20,810 nucleotides of DNA, from NCBI RefSeq assembly GCF_006345805.1, contig NW_021823842.1, positions 1 through 20,810 on the forward strand, written 5' to 3'. The notes under the pieces were generated by a model. That model did not search any database. It had not been told where the DNA came from and saw only the letters and a program-made list of their open reading frames with translations. The position numbers and the translations under genes were made by a program. Within the stretch, counting starts at the first letter, position 1, and every line of letters starts with the position of its first letter. This stretch comes from Octopus sinensis. Taxonomy: Eukaryota. Positions 10,502 to 20,466 of the stretch are shown here, one piece after another.

Positions 10502-10608
10502 AAGAGACCAAAAAAGTAAGATGCAAAAGAGATATTTTCTTCAAACTTGGCATGAAGGAAGGAAAGACTATTTGGTTTCTCAAGAAGTTTTTTGGGGGAT
10601 AAAATCGT
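10502..10608 (+). repeat. ~107-bp segment with an inverted copy at 11562-11670
   Basis: AAGAGACCAAAAAAGTAAGATGC...GATAAAATCGT matches the reverse complement of 11562-11670. Confidence 0.85.
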
Positions 10609-11561
10609 TTTTCTTTGGAATAGAAAAAAAGTCTATCTTTATTTCTTCCTTTGCTGGTGTCTCAAATCTAGGTTTAATCAGTATTTCTCAAAGGGGAGAC
10701 CTATGAAACGGTCGGACAAGTTGTTTTGAGAAAATTTGGTTTAAATGTTTGACAATTCAACACCGTCTATTGGACAAGGGGGGGCGTTTTGCTCGTATAT
10801 ATATATAATATATATATAGATATATATATATATATATTCATGCATATATACATACCCACATATATTTGTTTTTCTTTTTATTAGACATATCATTTACCGT
10901 CACTTCATTGTTTCATTTTATGCTGTATTTACGTTACATATTATATGTTCCATATACAACATTTATTATGTATGTATGTAAGTGCGTGTGCGTATACACA
11001 CATACGCATAATCGTATATGCATGCATACTTTTATGTAAGACATATGTATGCATATATTAAACTAGTAGGCTTTCTAAGATGATTTGTGGGAAATTTTTA
11101 CGTAAAATATTATTGATCGATGTATATTGATTTAGCCAATCTGTCTCAGAAGGTAACTGTTCCCCTGTCGATGCTTTCAGAACAACTCAGACTTATCTCT
11201 TATTAAATACCGTAAAATTCTGAATATAAAAGATGTATCAACAGAAAAAAGATGGATAAATACAACTAGGCAGATATATATATATATATAAGAAAAACAG
11301 TTATATGGGGAAATAGCTAAATATATCGAATCTATACATTTGTGCCTGATAAGCCAGTATGTATACATAACACTATATTATAAACACTTCGATTAATAAG
11401 CTCCAAATAATCTCAGATTTAGCAGATCTCTAGTCATAGGATTTCCAACACACATGACGTTGTCAAAGCTTTCATATATAATCTTATATGTCTATATTAT
11501 CAATTTGCCAAATAAATTCTGGTTTGTCGACAGGGTGATTTGATTGTCTAATAAGTCTCTT

Positions 11562-11670
11562 ACGATTTTATCTAAAAAAAAAAACTTATTGAAAAACCAA
11601 ATAGTCTTTCCTTCCTTCATGCCAAGTTTGAAGAAAATATCTCTTTTGCATCTTACTTTTTTGGTCTCTT
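11562..11670 (-). repeat. Inverted partner of 10502-10608
   Basis: See partner. Confidence 0.85.
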
Positions 11671-11771
11671 TCAAACTATTATAATTCTTTGTTGGTAGAG
11701 AAGGCTAATTTGTGTGCGTGTGTGTGTGTATGTATGTGTGTGTGCGTGAATGTAAGTGGGTATGTACAATC

Positions 11772-11965
11772 TATTTTTTACGCGTTTCAGCAATTTGATT
11801 GCGCCCATGCTGGTGTGCCGCCTTGAAGAATTTCTAGTCGAACGAAACGACCCCAGTACATATTTTCTTCTCTAAGCCTGATACTTATTCCATCGGTTTC
11901 TTTTGGAGAACCGCTACGTTATGAGGATATAAACACTGCAATACCGGTTGTCATGCGGTGGTGTC
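11772..11965 (-). mobile_element. SINE family C tail fragment, diverged
   Basis: Reverse complement resembles the ACAACCG..GGTG...GAATAAGTA..GGCTT...CCAGCATGG tail of 19790-19940. Confidence 0.65.
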
Positions 11966-12064
11966 ATACTTAGATATATATGTGATGTATACACACGTGC
12001 ATACATGTGTGTCTATCGGTATGCTCTTTTAAGCATGGGTGTATATATATATGTGTGTGTGTGT

Positions 12065-12377
12065 GTGTGTGCTTGGTACATGTGAGCATGTGTATGTGTA
12101 AATGACTGAGTATGCGTGTGCGTACTTATGTGTAGGTGTACACGTGTGTATATATGAGTGCGTTTATGAATGTGTGCTTGCGTGTACGCATGGGTATATA
12201 TGAGAGAAGGTGGTTGATGTGTGGTTCGATAAAATTAATAAAGTGATTACTGAAGCATGATAAACTCTTTGTAGCAAGTCAGTGATTTGAAACCGTGTCT
12301 CACTGGATGATGTCATTTCACTTTTGATAAACTCGGTCAGAAGAGCTAACCCACTAATATGTGAGGAAGTAGGTGAA
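12065..12377 (+). repeat. ~315-bp segment with an inverted copy at 14135-14458
   Basis: Shared unique block TAAACTCTTTGTAGCAAGTCAGTGATTTGAAACCGTGTCTCACTGGAT... plus an alignable degenerate TG tract. Confidence 0.85.
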
Positions 12378-12431
12378 TATATATATACATTGGTGTGTGT
12401 GTGTGTCTGTGTGTGTGTGTGAAGTTATGTA

Positions 12432-12600
12432 TATATACGGCGGCTTCTTTTAGTTTCCGTCTGTCAAATCCACTTGCAAGTCTTTGGGCTGTCCAAAACT
12501 GTAATAGAAGTCATTTGACCAAGGTACTGCGCAGAGGGGTTGAACCCAGAACCATGTAGTTGGAAAGTAAACTTCTTACCGAACACCCACACTTGCGCCT
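12432..12600 (-). mobile_element. SINE family C head
   Basis: Reverse complement of the head at 7710. Confidence 0.8.
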
Positions 12601-13176
12601 ATATAAATGTGTGTGTTGTGTGTGTATGGGTGTGTGTGTGTGTGTGAGTGGATTATCATTTTCTATCTGTTTATCGCATTCTGCCCGACGTATGCGTAAT
12701 GTATGTATATGTCCAGTCATATATGTAAATAATGCAATTTTATTGCTTTTTTCTGACAAGTCACAAAGCTGTGGACCAGTCACAAAGCTGGTCCACATAT
12801 TATACCTCTCTATTTTAAAGTAATCAATAACCCTTCAATAAACCTTCAACTTTTTATGCCATAAACCTTAGATTCTACCGGACGCTTATCCACACTCCAC
12901 CACGAACATCACTCCCTTCCCCCAAATCCACATATTTTTCCTTCCCAATCAGATTTCTCTTTTTAAGCACGTTCCTCCTATTCCTGAACAAGTCGTTCTT
13001 TGCCGATTCCTCTCAGCTTCAATTGTGTCCAATTAGTGATTAGTCTAAGGGCGTAAAATTTTTTTTTTTCTCATTTCTCGAAAAAGGACATTTTCCGAAG
13101 CGTCAGTTTTCCAATGGAATCGAATCTTCAAAAAACTATTTCTTTTTTACCAATGAATGCAACCGACGGAGTACCA

Positions 13177-13179
<3 letters not shown>

Positions 13180-13232
<53 letters not shown>

Positions 13233-13251
13233 GCGTGTGTGTGTATGTATG

Positions 13252-13290
<39 letters not shown>
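13180..13290. repeat. (TA)n(TG)n(TA)n microsatellite
   Basis: Direct reading. Confidence 0.95.
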
Positions 13291-13292
<2 letters not shown>

Positions 13293-13450
13293 CAGCCCTC
13301 ACCTTTGTTTTTACTGTATTTTTACTGTTTTGTTCTCACTGTCCTAGTCTCACTGTCCTGGACTCGCAAAAAATCCCAAATTTTATTTAATTTGCTTGCG
13401 GGAAGGATTGTTTCAAAGAAGTCGCGTCTTGTCCTTGCCTTCGTAGCGTT

Positions 13451-13499
13451 GAGTAGATGAAACAGGGACAACTGAAGAAGGGGAATATTCTTTATGTTG
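13451..13499 (+). repeat. 49-bp dispersed repeat fragment, copy 2
   Basis: Matches 1171-1219. Confidence 0.75.
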
Positions 13500-13810
13500 T
13501 ATGCCTCGTTTCTCTGTTTGTTTTTTTGGTTGTTCGAAAAAAAGTTCGTTTCTATATTTTTGTTTTTATGTTTCCGTTTCTTATTTCGTTCAACGTTTTC
13601 TTTTATGTCCTGTACTCATATATGCATGTATATATATATGTATATGTAGGTATGTACATATATGTATGTATATATGCATATAATTATATATGTATTCTAC
13701 ATATGTATATATATATGTATATAAACTACTATCAACGTATACATATTATATAAAATGTGACCGCGTGTGTACCGTTAGCGATTTTTTCCCTCTGTCTTCC
13801 CTTCTCCTAT

Positions 13811-13845
13811 GTTTCCGACGAAGAGCTCCGCTCGAAACGTTAAAC
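13811..13845 (+). ncRNA. Minimal type I hammerhead motif (Penelope-type), U4C core variant
   Basis: GTTT-CCGACGA-A-GAGC-TCC-GCTC-GAAAC-GTT-AAAC; lies in a ~190-bp segment (13752-13942) between TA tracts. Confidence 0.65.
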
Positions 13846-14134
13846 CCCCCTTCTTTCCTTCTTTCCTGAGCGTCCAATAATACTATATTTGTTCCACGTC
13901 CTCGCGTTATTGTGCTTTTTCGTGCTTTCATGTTTGGATTACTATATATATATATATATATATATATACACTTGACACACCACGCACACACACACAAATG
14001 CACTATACACCTCTATACACACTACCTACTCAACATATACCACATAGAAATACACAAATATTTAGACGCTCACAGATAAACCTATTGTGTGAAACTAAAG
14101 TGGGTAAATATTTACTCTGTTCTCTTGTTCACCT

Positions 14135-14458
14135 TTCACCTACTTCTCCACGTATTAGTGGGTTAACACTTCTGACCGAGTTTATCAAAAGTGAAATGGC
14201 ACTATCCAGTGAGACACGGTTTCAAATCACTGACTTGCTACAAAGAGTTTATGGACGCTTCAGTAGTCTCTTTATCAATTTTATCGAACGACGCACATCA
14301 ACCGTCTTCTCTCATATACATCCATGCGTACACGCAAGCACACATTCATAAACGCACAGGCACTCTTATATATACACACTTGTACACCTACACATAAGTA
14401 CGCACATGCGTACACGGTTATTTGCATATACACATGCTCGCGTGTCCCAAGCACACAC
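14135..14458 (-). repeat. Inverted partner of 12065-12377
   Basis: See partner. Confidence 0.85.
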
Positions 14459-14464
14459 GCACAT

Positions 14465-14594
14465 TATATATATATATATTTATATATATCACGGTGATAT
14501 ACATATATATGTATATATAATATGCATATATATATATGTGTATATATATATATATATGCATATATATATATGTATATATATATGTATATATAGG

Positions 14595-14628
<34 letters not shown>

Positions 14629-14718
14629 TATAATATGTATATATATATATGTATATATAGGTAATATATATATATATATAATATATATATATATATTATA
14701 TATATATATATATATATA
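14465..14718. repeat. Long imperfect (TA)n tract
   Basis: Direct reading. Confidence 0.95.
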
Positions 14719-14868
14719 CAAAAAGCAATAAAGATTCAAGTTAATTTAAATGAATTTACTTGAATATGGTACCTAACTTAGATGCACCAAAAAAAAACTA
14801 TACTGTTTTAACAATACAGTAATGTGGGGTGATTATAAGCGAGAAAGAAGCAAAAGAATGGATAGGTC

Positions 14869-14957
14869 TTTAGTACAATCGTTTCATACAAGGACAGGCT
14901 TTATTAAAAGTTGTAAAAATTACAGCATATAAATGTGTCCCGTACTCATCAGCTAAA
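14869..14957 (-). ncRNA. Type I hammerhead ribozyme, second family (core intact)
   Basis: Minus strand: TTTAG-CTGATGA-GTACGGGACA...TGTCCT-T-GTAT-GAAAC-GATT-GTA-CTAAA; cleavage triplet GUA; G10.1 pairs with U. Confidence 0.78.
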
Positions 14958-15027
14958 ATACATGTGAGTTCTCTAGACATCCTAGTGGTTAGCCTTAACC
15001 ACTAGGATGTCTAGGAACTCACATGTA

Positions 15028-15117
15028 TTTTAGCTGATGTGTACGGACACATTTATATGCTGTAATTTTTACAACTTTTAATAAAGCCTGTCCTTGTATG
15101 AAACGATTGTACTAAAA
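15028..15117 (+). ncRNA. Hammerhead second family, mirror copy with A9U (CTGATGT)
   Basis: TTTTAG 15028-15033, CTGATGT 15034-15040, GAAAC 15100-15104, GTA 15109-15111, CTAAAA 15112-15117. Confidence 0.65.
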
Positions 15118-15149
15118 AACCTATCCATTCTTGTTGCTTCTTTCTCGCG

Positions 15150-15167
15150 TATATATATAATATATAT

Positions 15168-15229
<62 letters not shown>

Positions 15230-15262
15230 GTATGTATATATATATGTATATATTTATATATA
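15150..15262. repeat. (TA)n/(TATG)n microsatellite
   Basis: Direct reading. Confidence 0.95.
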
Positions 15263-15677
15263 GACCCATGCTTATAAGCATAGCGATAGTCACAGTCCAT
15301 ACAAATACACACACAATACTACAATACATACGACAGGTCGGGGTCTTCTAAGCACTGTTACAAACAACGGAAGTGAACGAGAACGTCATAACTTGGTGTG
15401 CATCCGTGGCAGAGTTCAAGGTCAAATCTGTACCAAGCGGCTTCATTCTGCTACTTAAGCTCCGTTACCATAGCAACAGAGCCGATACTTTTTGAAGAAA
15501 GACATCCAAGAGAATGTTTACGAAGTAGCTGCTCGGTATCCTCCACAAAAACAAAAAAAAAAGGAGTTCCGAAAATGTTTCCTTCAAATGGAAACGATAC
15601 AGGATAAAGCGTGTAGCTTCAGAATGGGACAACTTCGAAGGAGGTTGAATGCTGAATTGATATGTGCTGCAATTTTC

Positions 15678-16103
15678 GGATCTTTTCGGTTTGAACGGCA
15701 ATTTTTTCTAGCGGTGTCATATGAATTTGTCACCCATAATTATGACCCTAGTATCGAGCTATTGCATTTCAATCTGTTTTAGGGTTAGGGTTAGTTAGGG
15801 TTGGTTAGGGGAATGGTATCTTTTTTTCTTCACTATTGTAAATAAACCCAATCTGTTTCTTAAACGAGGGACATATCCATACGGCACAGAATGTTTTCAC
15901 CTCAATAGACGTCATTGATTGGTTGAAATTGCAGAAACTGTAGAAAAAAAAACCAACAAATATCTTACAAACTATAGAATTTTCTCAATAAAGCCAAGAG
16001 TAAAAGATGTTTTATAAACACATTCTACCAGTATACGAAGTTTTAAAGTGATTAGTTACGTGGAAATTATTTTAAAGCACTGCCGTTCAAACCGAGAAGA
16101 TCC
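15678..16103. mobile_element. MITE with 23-bp TIRs and 8-bp TSD (hAT- or Merlin-like)
   Basis: TIR GGATCTT(T/C)TCGGTTTGAACGGCA at both ends; flanks CAATTTTC (15670-15677) and CAGTTTTC (16104-16111). Confidence 0.85.
15779..15810 (+). repeat. Degenerate TTAGGG telomere-like tract inside the MITE
   Basis: TTAGGG TTAGGG TTAG TTAGGG TTGG TTAGGG. Confidence 0.85.
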
Positions 16104-16177
16104 CAGTTTTCTTTTTGTAGGACCAGTACCGATACTTTTTTTATTAGATCCCGTTTAAATAGCATTAATACGTACTC

Positions 16178-17100
16178 ATGAAGGCGCATAGCTCAGTAGT
16201 TAGAGCGTCGGCTTCACAAACATGAGGTAACGAATTCGATTCTCAGACCGGGCTGTGTTGTGTTCTTGAGCACGACACTTTATTTCATGTTGCTCCATTT
16301 CACTCATCTGCAGAAATTAGTTGCGACACCAATGGTGCTAAGTTGTATCGGCCTTTGCGTTTCCCTTGTATAACATCTGTAGTATGGAGAGGGGAGTTTA
16401 GTATGCATGGACGATTGCTGGTTTTCCATAAAGAACCCTGGCAAGAATTGTACTTCTGAGGGGAACGTTTTAGATGCAATCCCATGGTCATTCAACACCG
16501 AAGTGGAATCTTTACATTTTCCCCATACATGTAAAGGTGTGGAGAGGTGAGGCGGGTATGCATGTGTGACTGCTGGTCTTCCATAAGCAACCTTACTCGG
16601 ACTTGTTCCTTGGAGGGGAACATTCCAGGTGCAATCCCATGGTCAGTCATGACCAAAGAGGGTATTTACCCTTTACTCTATGTACATATAATGGTGTAGA
16701 GAGGTGAGACTGATATGCATGGGTGACTGCTGGTCTTCCATGAAAAGGCTGCGAGCTGGCAGAAACGTGGGCACGCCGGGCGAAATGCTTACCGGTATTT
16801 CGCCTGCCGTTACGTTCTGAGTTCAAATTCCGCCGCGGTCGACTTTGCCTTTCATCCTTTCGGGATCGATAAATTAAGTACCAGTTACGCACTGGGGTCA
16901 ATCTAATCGACTTAATCCTTTTATTTGTCCTTGTTCGTCCCCTCTATGTTTAGGCCACCCCCCCCCCCACATGTGGGAAATAAATATGCTGGTCTTCCAT
17001 AAACAATCTTGCCCGGTCTAGTTCCTTGGAGGGGAACTTTCTAGGTGCTATTCCATAGTCATTCATGACCGAAGCGTGGTCTTTACCTCTTGTCCTTTAC
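16178..17100 (+). mobile_element. tRNA-derived SINE (family D) with three ~155-bp tandem tail units
   Basis: A-box TAGCTCAGTAG, B-box-like ATTCGATTC, CORE-like TTCTTGAGCA.GACACTT; tail marker T(G/A)GAGAGG at 16385, 16540, 16697. Confidence 0.75.
16747..16986 (+). mobile_element. SINE family A nested in the third family D tail unit
   Basis: TGCTGGTCTTCCAT duplicated at 16728-16741 and 16987-17000 (TSD). Confidence 0.85.
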
Positions 17101-17366
17101 TACGTACACACAGTGATATACGCATGTATGTGACTGTGTGTGAGTGCATATCATACTCAAATACATACACATGAATTCACATACCCTAACAAAACCATAT
17201 AACAAACAATAACAAACACTTAACCATATGCCCCTACATACACACATGCCGCCGAATGATAATATACACAGTAGATGGCTGCAAGACCACAAATATACAC
17301 GTGTACTCACAACTGTCACACATACACTTTTATATACATATACATATACTTATACATATACCTTAT

Positions 17367-17589
17367 GGCGGCGAGCTGGCAGAATCGCCGGGCGAAATGC
17401 GTAGCCGTATTTCGTCTGCCGTTACGTTCCGGGTTCAAATTCCGCCGAGGTCGACTTTGCCTTTCATCCGTTCGGGGTTGATAAATTAAGTACCAATTAC
17501 GCATTGGGGTCGATGTAATCGACTTAATCCGTTTGTCTGTCCTTGTTTGTCCCCTCTGTGTTTAGCCCCTTGTGCGTAGTAAAGAAATA
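17367..17589 (+). mobile_element. SINE family A
   Basis: Full head-to-tail match to other copies. Confidence 0.9.
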
Positions 17590-17727
17590 TATATACATAT
17601 ACCTCTTGCGTATATATATGCCACGCTGCTGTATATATTGTGGTGTACGATGAACACGGACACTCACAGACACAATACACGTAAACAATATATACACACA
17701 TCACATATGTATGAACATCACGGTATG

Positions 17728-17999
17728 GATGTTGTTATACATCGCTAGTCACGACGCACTTAACATTGTTTTAGTTTTCGAATCATGCCATTTTCGCTGC
17801 CTCGCTGAGCAGGCCAACATTTCCTCTCTTGGGATGGCATTTCCATCTCAGGGTTACCTCTTTACAGCTGAGTGGACTGGGGCAACATGAAATGAAGTGT
17901 TTTACTCAAGAACACATCTCTCCGTCCAGTCATTGAATCGAACCTACAAAATCACGATCGTGCGTGCAATATCCTAACCATTAGGCCACGCGCATTCAC
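17728..17999 (-). mobile_element. tRNA-derived SINE with D-like head and core and a B-like tail
   Basis: Reverse complement: GTGAA.GCGCGTGGCCTAATGGTTAGG...TGTTCTTGAG.AAAACACTTCATTTCA...TGTTGGCCTGCTC...CTAAAACAATG. Confidence 0.75.
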
Positions 18000-18001
18000 G
18001 A

Positions 18002-18002
<1 letters not shown>

Positions 18003-18044
<42 letters not shown>

Positions 18045-18251
18045 GTGTGGTGTTGTGTGTGTGGTTCAATGCGTTTATGTATGTACCTATATATGTACAT
18101 GCATATACATACATACATACACACACACACACGCACACACACATATATATGTATATATATATATATGTATGTATGTAATGCATGTATATATTTATATAGA
18201 GAGAGAGAAGGGAGATAGATAAATCGATAGATAGATAGATAGATAGATAGA
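18003..18251. repeat. Compound microsatellite TA/TG/CA/GA/(GATA)n
   Basis: Direct reading. Confidence 0.9.
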
Positions 18252-18715
18252 CATTCTGCAGAGTAATTCATCTAAATATAAGACAAAACCAAACGTATTG
18301 TCAAGAGCTCATAAAATATTTAAAGCAATCGGCATTTCAGAATATATGATTAATGACTTGAGTGACTGACAAATAATGGATTTGAAGCAAAAAAATATAT
18401 ATTATTCCACATATGACAAATGTAGTTTTTATCTTCAATTTCTGAGACGACTCTTGTATAGTTTTTACAGAAAAAAAATTGCGTCTTCAGCGACTGACAT
18501 AAGACAAAGTGGAATGTGGCTATATTGCAAACGTATTTTTATTTTCTTTTGCTATTCTTGTTGACCTTAAAACAGAACCTATCAAACGATTCGGAATTCG
18601 TGGACGACTCGGTCTGTGTCTATGGACCACGAACCACAAGCATTACGAAGCTCCTATTAAGACCTCTGAACTTTTCAACCATTATACATACAAAACTTAC
18701 AAAGTAATGTTTAAA

Positions 18716-18970
18716 TATGTTTCTTTATTAGCCACACAGGGCTGCACACAGATGGGACAGATTACACAGTAGAGCTTTTCTTTTTGGGGAGAAAAAAAAA
18801 AGTGGGGTCAGTTTTCGATCAAAAGGGATCGTAAAAGGGAAAGGAAAAAATACGGATCAATAAGGATCGTGTATCACAGAAATGTCATGATGTAGTGTAA
18901 AGGGGGAAGCAGATAAGGTTTATCCGTGAAAAGAAAAGCCTACGGAAAAGACCACGGTAACCTCGGTCAA
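18716..18970 (-). mobile_element. Probable LINE 3' end sharing the SINE A tail
   Basis: 18720-18759 matches the SINE A tail at 33/40 nt, while the upstream sequence is not SINE-like; LINE identity is inferred. Confidence 0.45.
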
Positions 18971-19227
18971 TAATCTTACATGTTACCACATTCGTTTGCA
19001 AGTAGGTAACCCTCTGTTTTAAATTTTTCCAAGTTCATAGGACTATGCTCAAGGTGGCTTAATATAACTATACATAATAAACGAAAGTAATTATTAAATA
19101 TAGCTATACATATAAAGGAAACGTGTTATACAAAAGATATCCCAATTTGTTGAAAATTCCAAAAACTAAGGCAAAAATACCGAAAATTGCTCAATAAAAT
19201 CAATATAATTTTATGCCAAAATCCACA

Positions 19228-19410
19228 TAAGCCGATTTGCTGCTGATGAGAGACATTCGTAAACCGAGGTCTTATTGTATCCTGTACCAACAGTTTCGTT
19301 CAAATAACCAGGAAGGCATTTCTTACGCTTCACTACATCAAAATCCTCATGAACAACATACAATGAGACCTCGGTTTACGAATGTCTCTCATCAGCAGCA
19401 AGTCGGCTTA
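19228..19410. repeat. 53-bp inverted repeat pair (19228-19280 and 19358-19410), Tigger/pogo TIR-like
   Basis: Arms differ at 2 positions; TA|CAAT(G/A)AGACCTCGGTTTACGAA resembles pogo-type termini. Confidence 0.7.
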
Positions 19411-19556
19411 CGAACAATTTTTCGAACATATAACGTCTCGAGTGACAAACGGTGTCTCGAATAACGAACCCGAAAGTCGGCAACAATAGTGTTCGCGACA
19501 AGCTGAAAGTATCATCAAGAGAGAGTTGCAGTTTAGCTTTCGCTCAGTACGCATTC

Positions 19557-19940
19557 CTGTGTGGTAAGAAGCTTGATTACGAACCACATGGTTCCAGGTT
19601 CAGTCCCACTGTGTGGCACCTTCAGCAACTGTCTTTTACTATAGCATCTGGCCGACCAAAGCCTTGTGAGTGGATTTGGTAGACCGAAACTGAAAGAAGC
19701 CCGTCGTATATATGTATATATGTGTATAAATGTATGTATGTGTGTATATGTTTGTGTGTCTGTGTTTTTCCCCCCAACATCGCTTGACAACCGACGCTGG
19801 TGTATTTATGGCCCCGTGACTTAGCGGTTCGGTCAAAGACCGATAGAATAAGTACTAGAGAATAAGTTGTGGAGTCGATTTGTTCGATTAAGGCGGTGCT
19901 CCAGCATGGCCACAGTCAAATGACTGAAACAAGTAAAAGG
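19557..19940 (+). mobile_element. SINE family C, slightly 5'-truncated
   Basis: Collinear with 7710-8105. Confidence 0.85.
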
Positions 19941-19972
19941 GTAGAGAGTAAGAGTATATATATATATATATA

Positions 19973-20129
19973 TACGATAGGCGTTCAATTTCCGTCTACC
20001 GAATCCACACAGATGACTTTGGCAGGCCCGAAGCGATAGTAGAAGACACTTACCAAAGGTGCCACGCAATGGGACTGAACCCAGAACCATGAAGCTGGGA
20101 AGCAAACTTCTTACCCGACAGCCACGCCT
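19973..20129 (-). mobile_element. SINE family C head
   Basis: Reverse complement of GGCGTGGCTGT.GGGTAAGAAG...GGTAGACGGAAA. Confidence 0.85.
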
Positions 20130-20241
20130 ACGCTTTTGTGCGTATGTGTGTGTGGTGTGTGTGTGTGTGTTTATACGGAAGCGTGTACGAATGTATGTGT
20201 ATTCGTATATATGTATATACATATCAAACTTTATCCTACTA

Positions 20242-20466
20242 TATTCTTTACTACCCACGAAGGGCTAAACACAGAGAGGACAAACAAAGACAGACAAACG
20301 GATCAAGTCGATTATATCGACGCCAGGGCGTAACTGGTACTTATTTAATCGACCCCGAAAGGATGAAAGGCACAGTCGACCTCGGCAGAATTTGAACTCA
20401 GAACGTAGCGGCAGACGAAATACTGCTTAGATTTTCGCCTGGCGTGCAGACGTTTCTGCCAGCTCG
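20242..20466 (-). mobile_element. SINE family A
   Basis: Reverse-complement match to other copies. Confidence 0.88.

Larger units (their letters stand above)
14839..15148. repeat. Fold-back palindrome, 153-bp arms, 4-nt spacer GCCT (14992-14995)
   Basis: 14839-14991 is a near-perfect reverse complement of 14996-15148; element 14719-15148 lies between TA tracts. Confidence 0.93.

Noticed and set aside
10544-10722. Possible very long-stem-II HHR (AACTTG...GAAACGGTCGGA CAAGTT)
   Set aside because: Stem I-like pairing exists, but the core reads CATGAAGGA in both copies and the triplet is GGA, so essential nucleotides are missing
12270-12315. GAAAC-CGT-GTC-TCA-CTGGATGA as a type II hammerhead
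   Set aside because: Only 3 nt for stem I and a non-canonical core
13114-15351. Many YI/CV/HT-rich ORFs in the ORF track
   Set aside because: They are translations of TA, TG and CA microsatellites
18376-18772. Short ORFs with a hydrophobic stretch as a possible host exon
   Set aside because: No recognisable domain or supportable splice structure; would need RNA-seq
19243-19275. CTGATGA-GAGAC..GTAAAC..GTC as a hammerhead
   Set aside because: GTAAAC instead of GAAAC in both arms and no stem I; better explained as a GAGAC/GTCT(C/T) hairpin in a TIR
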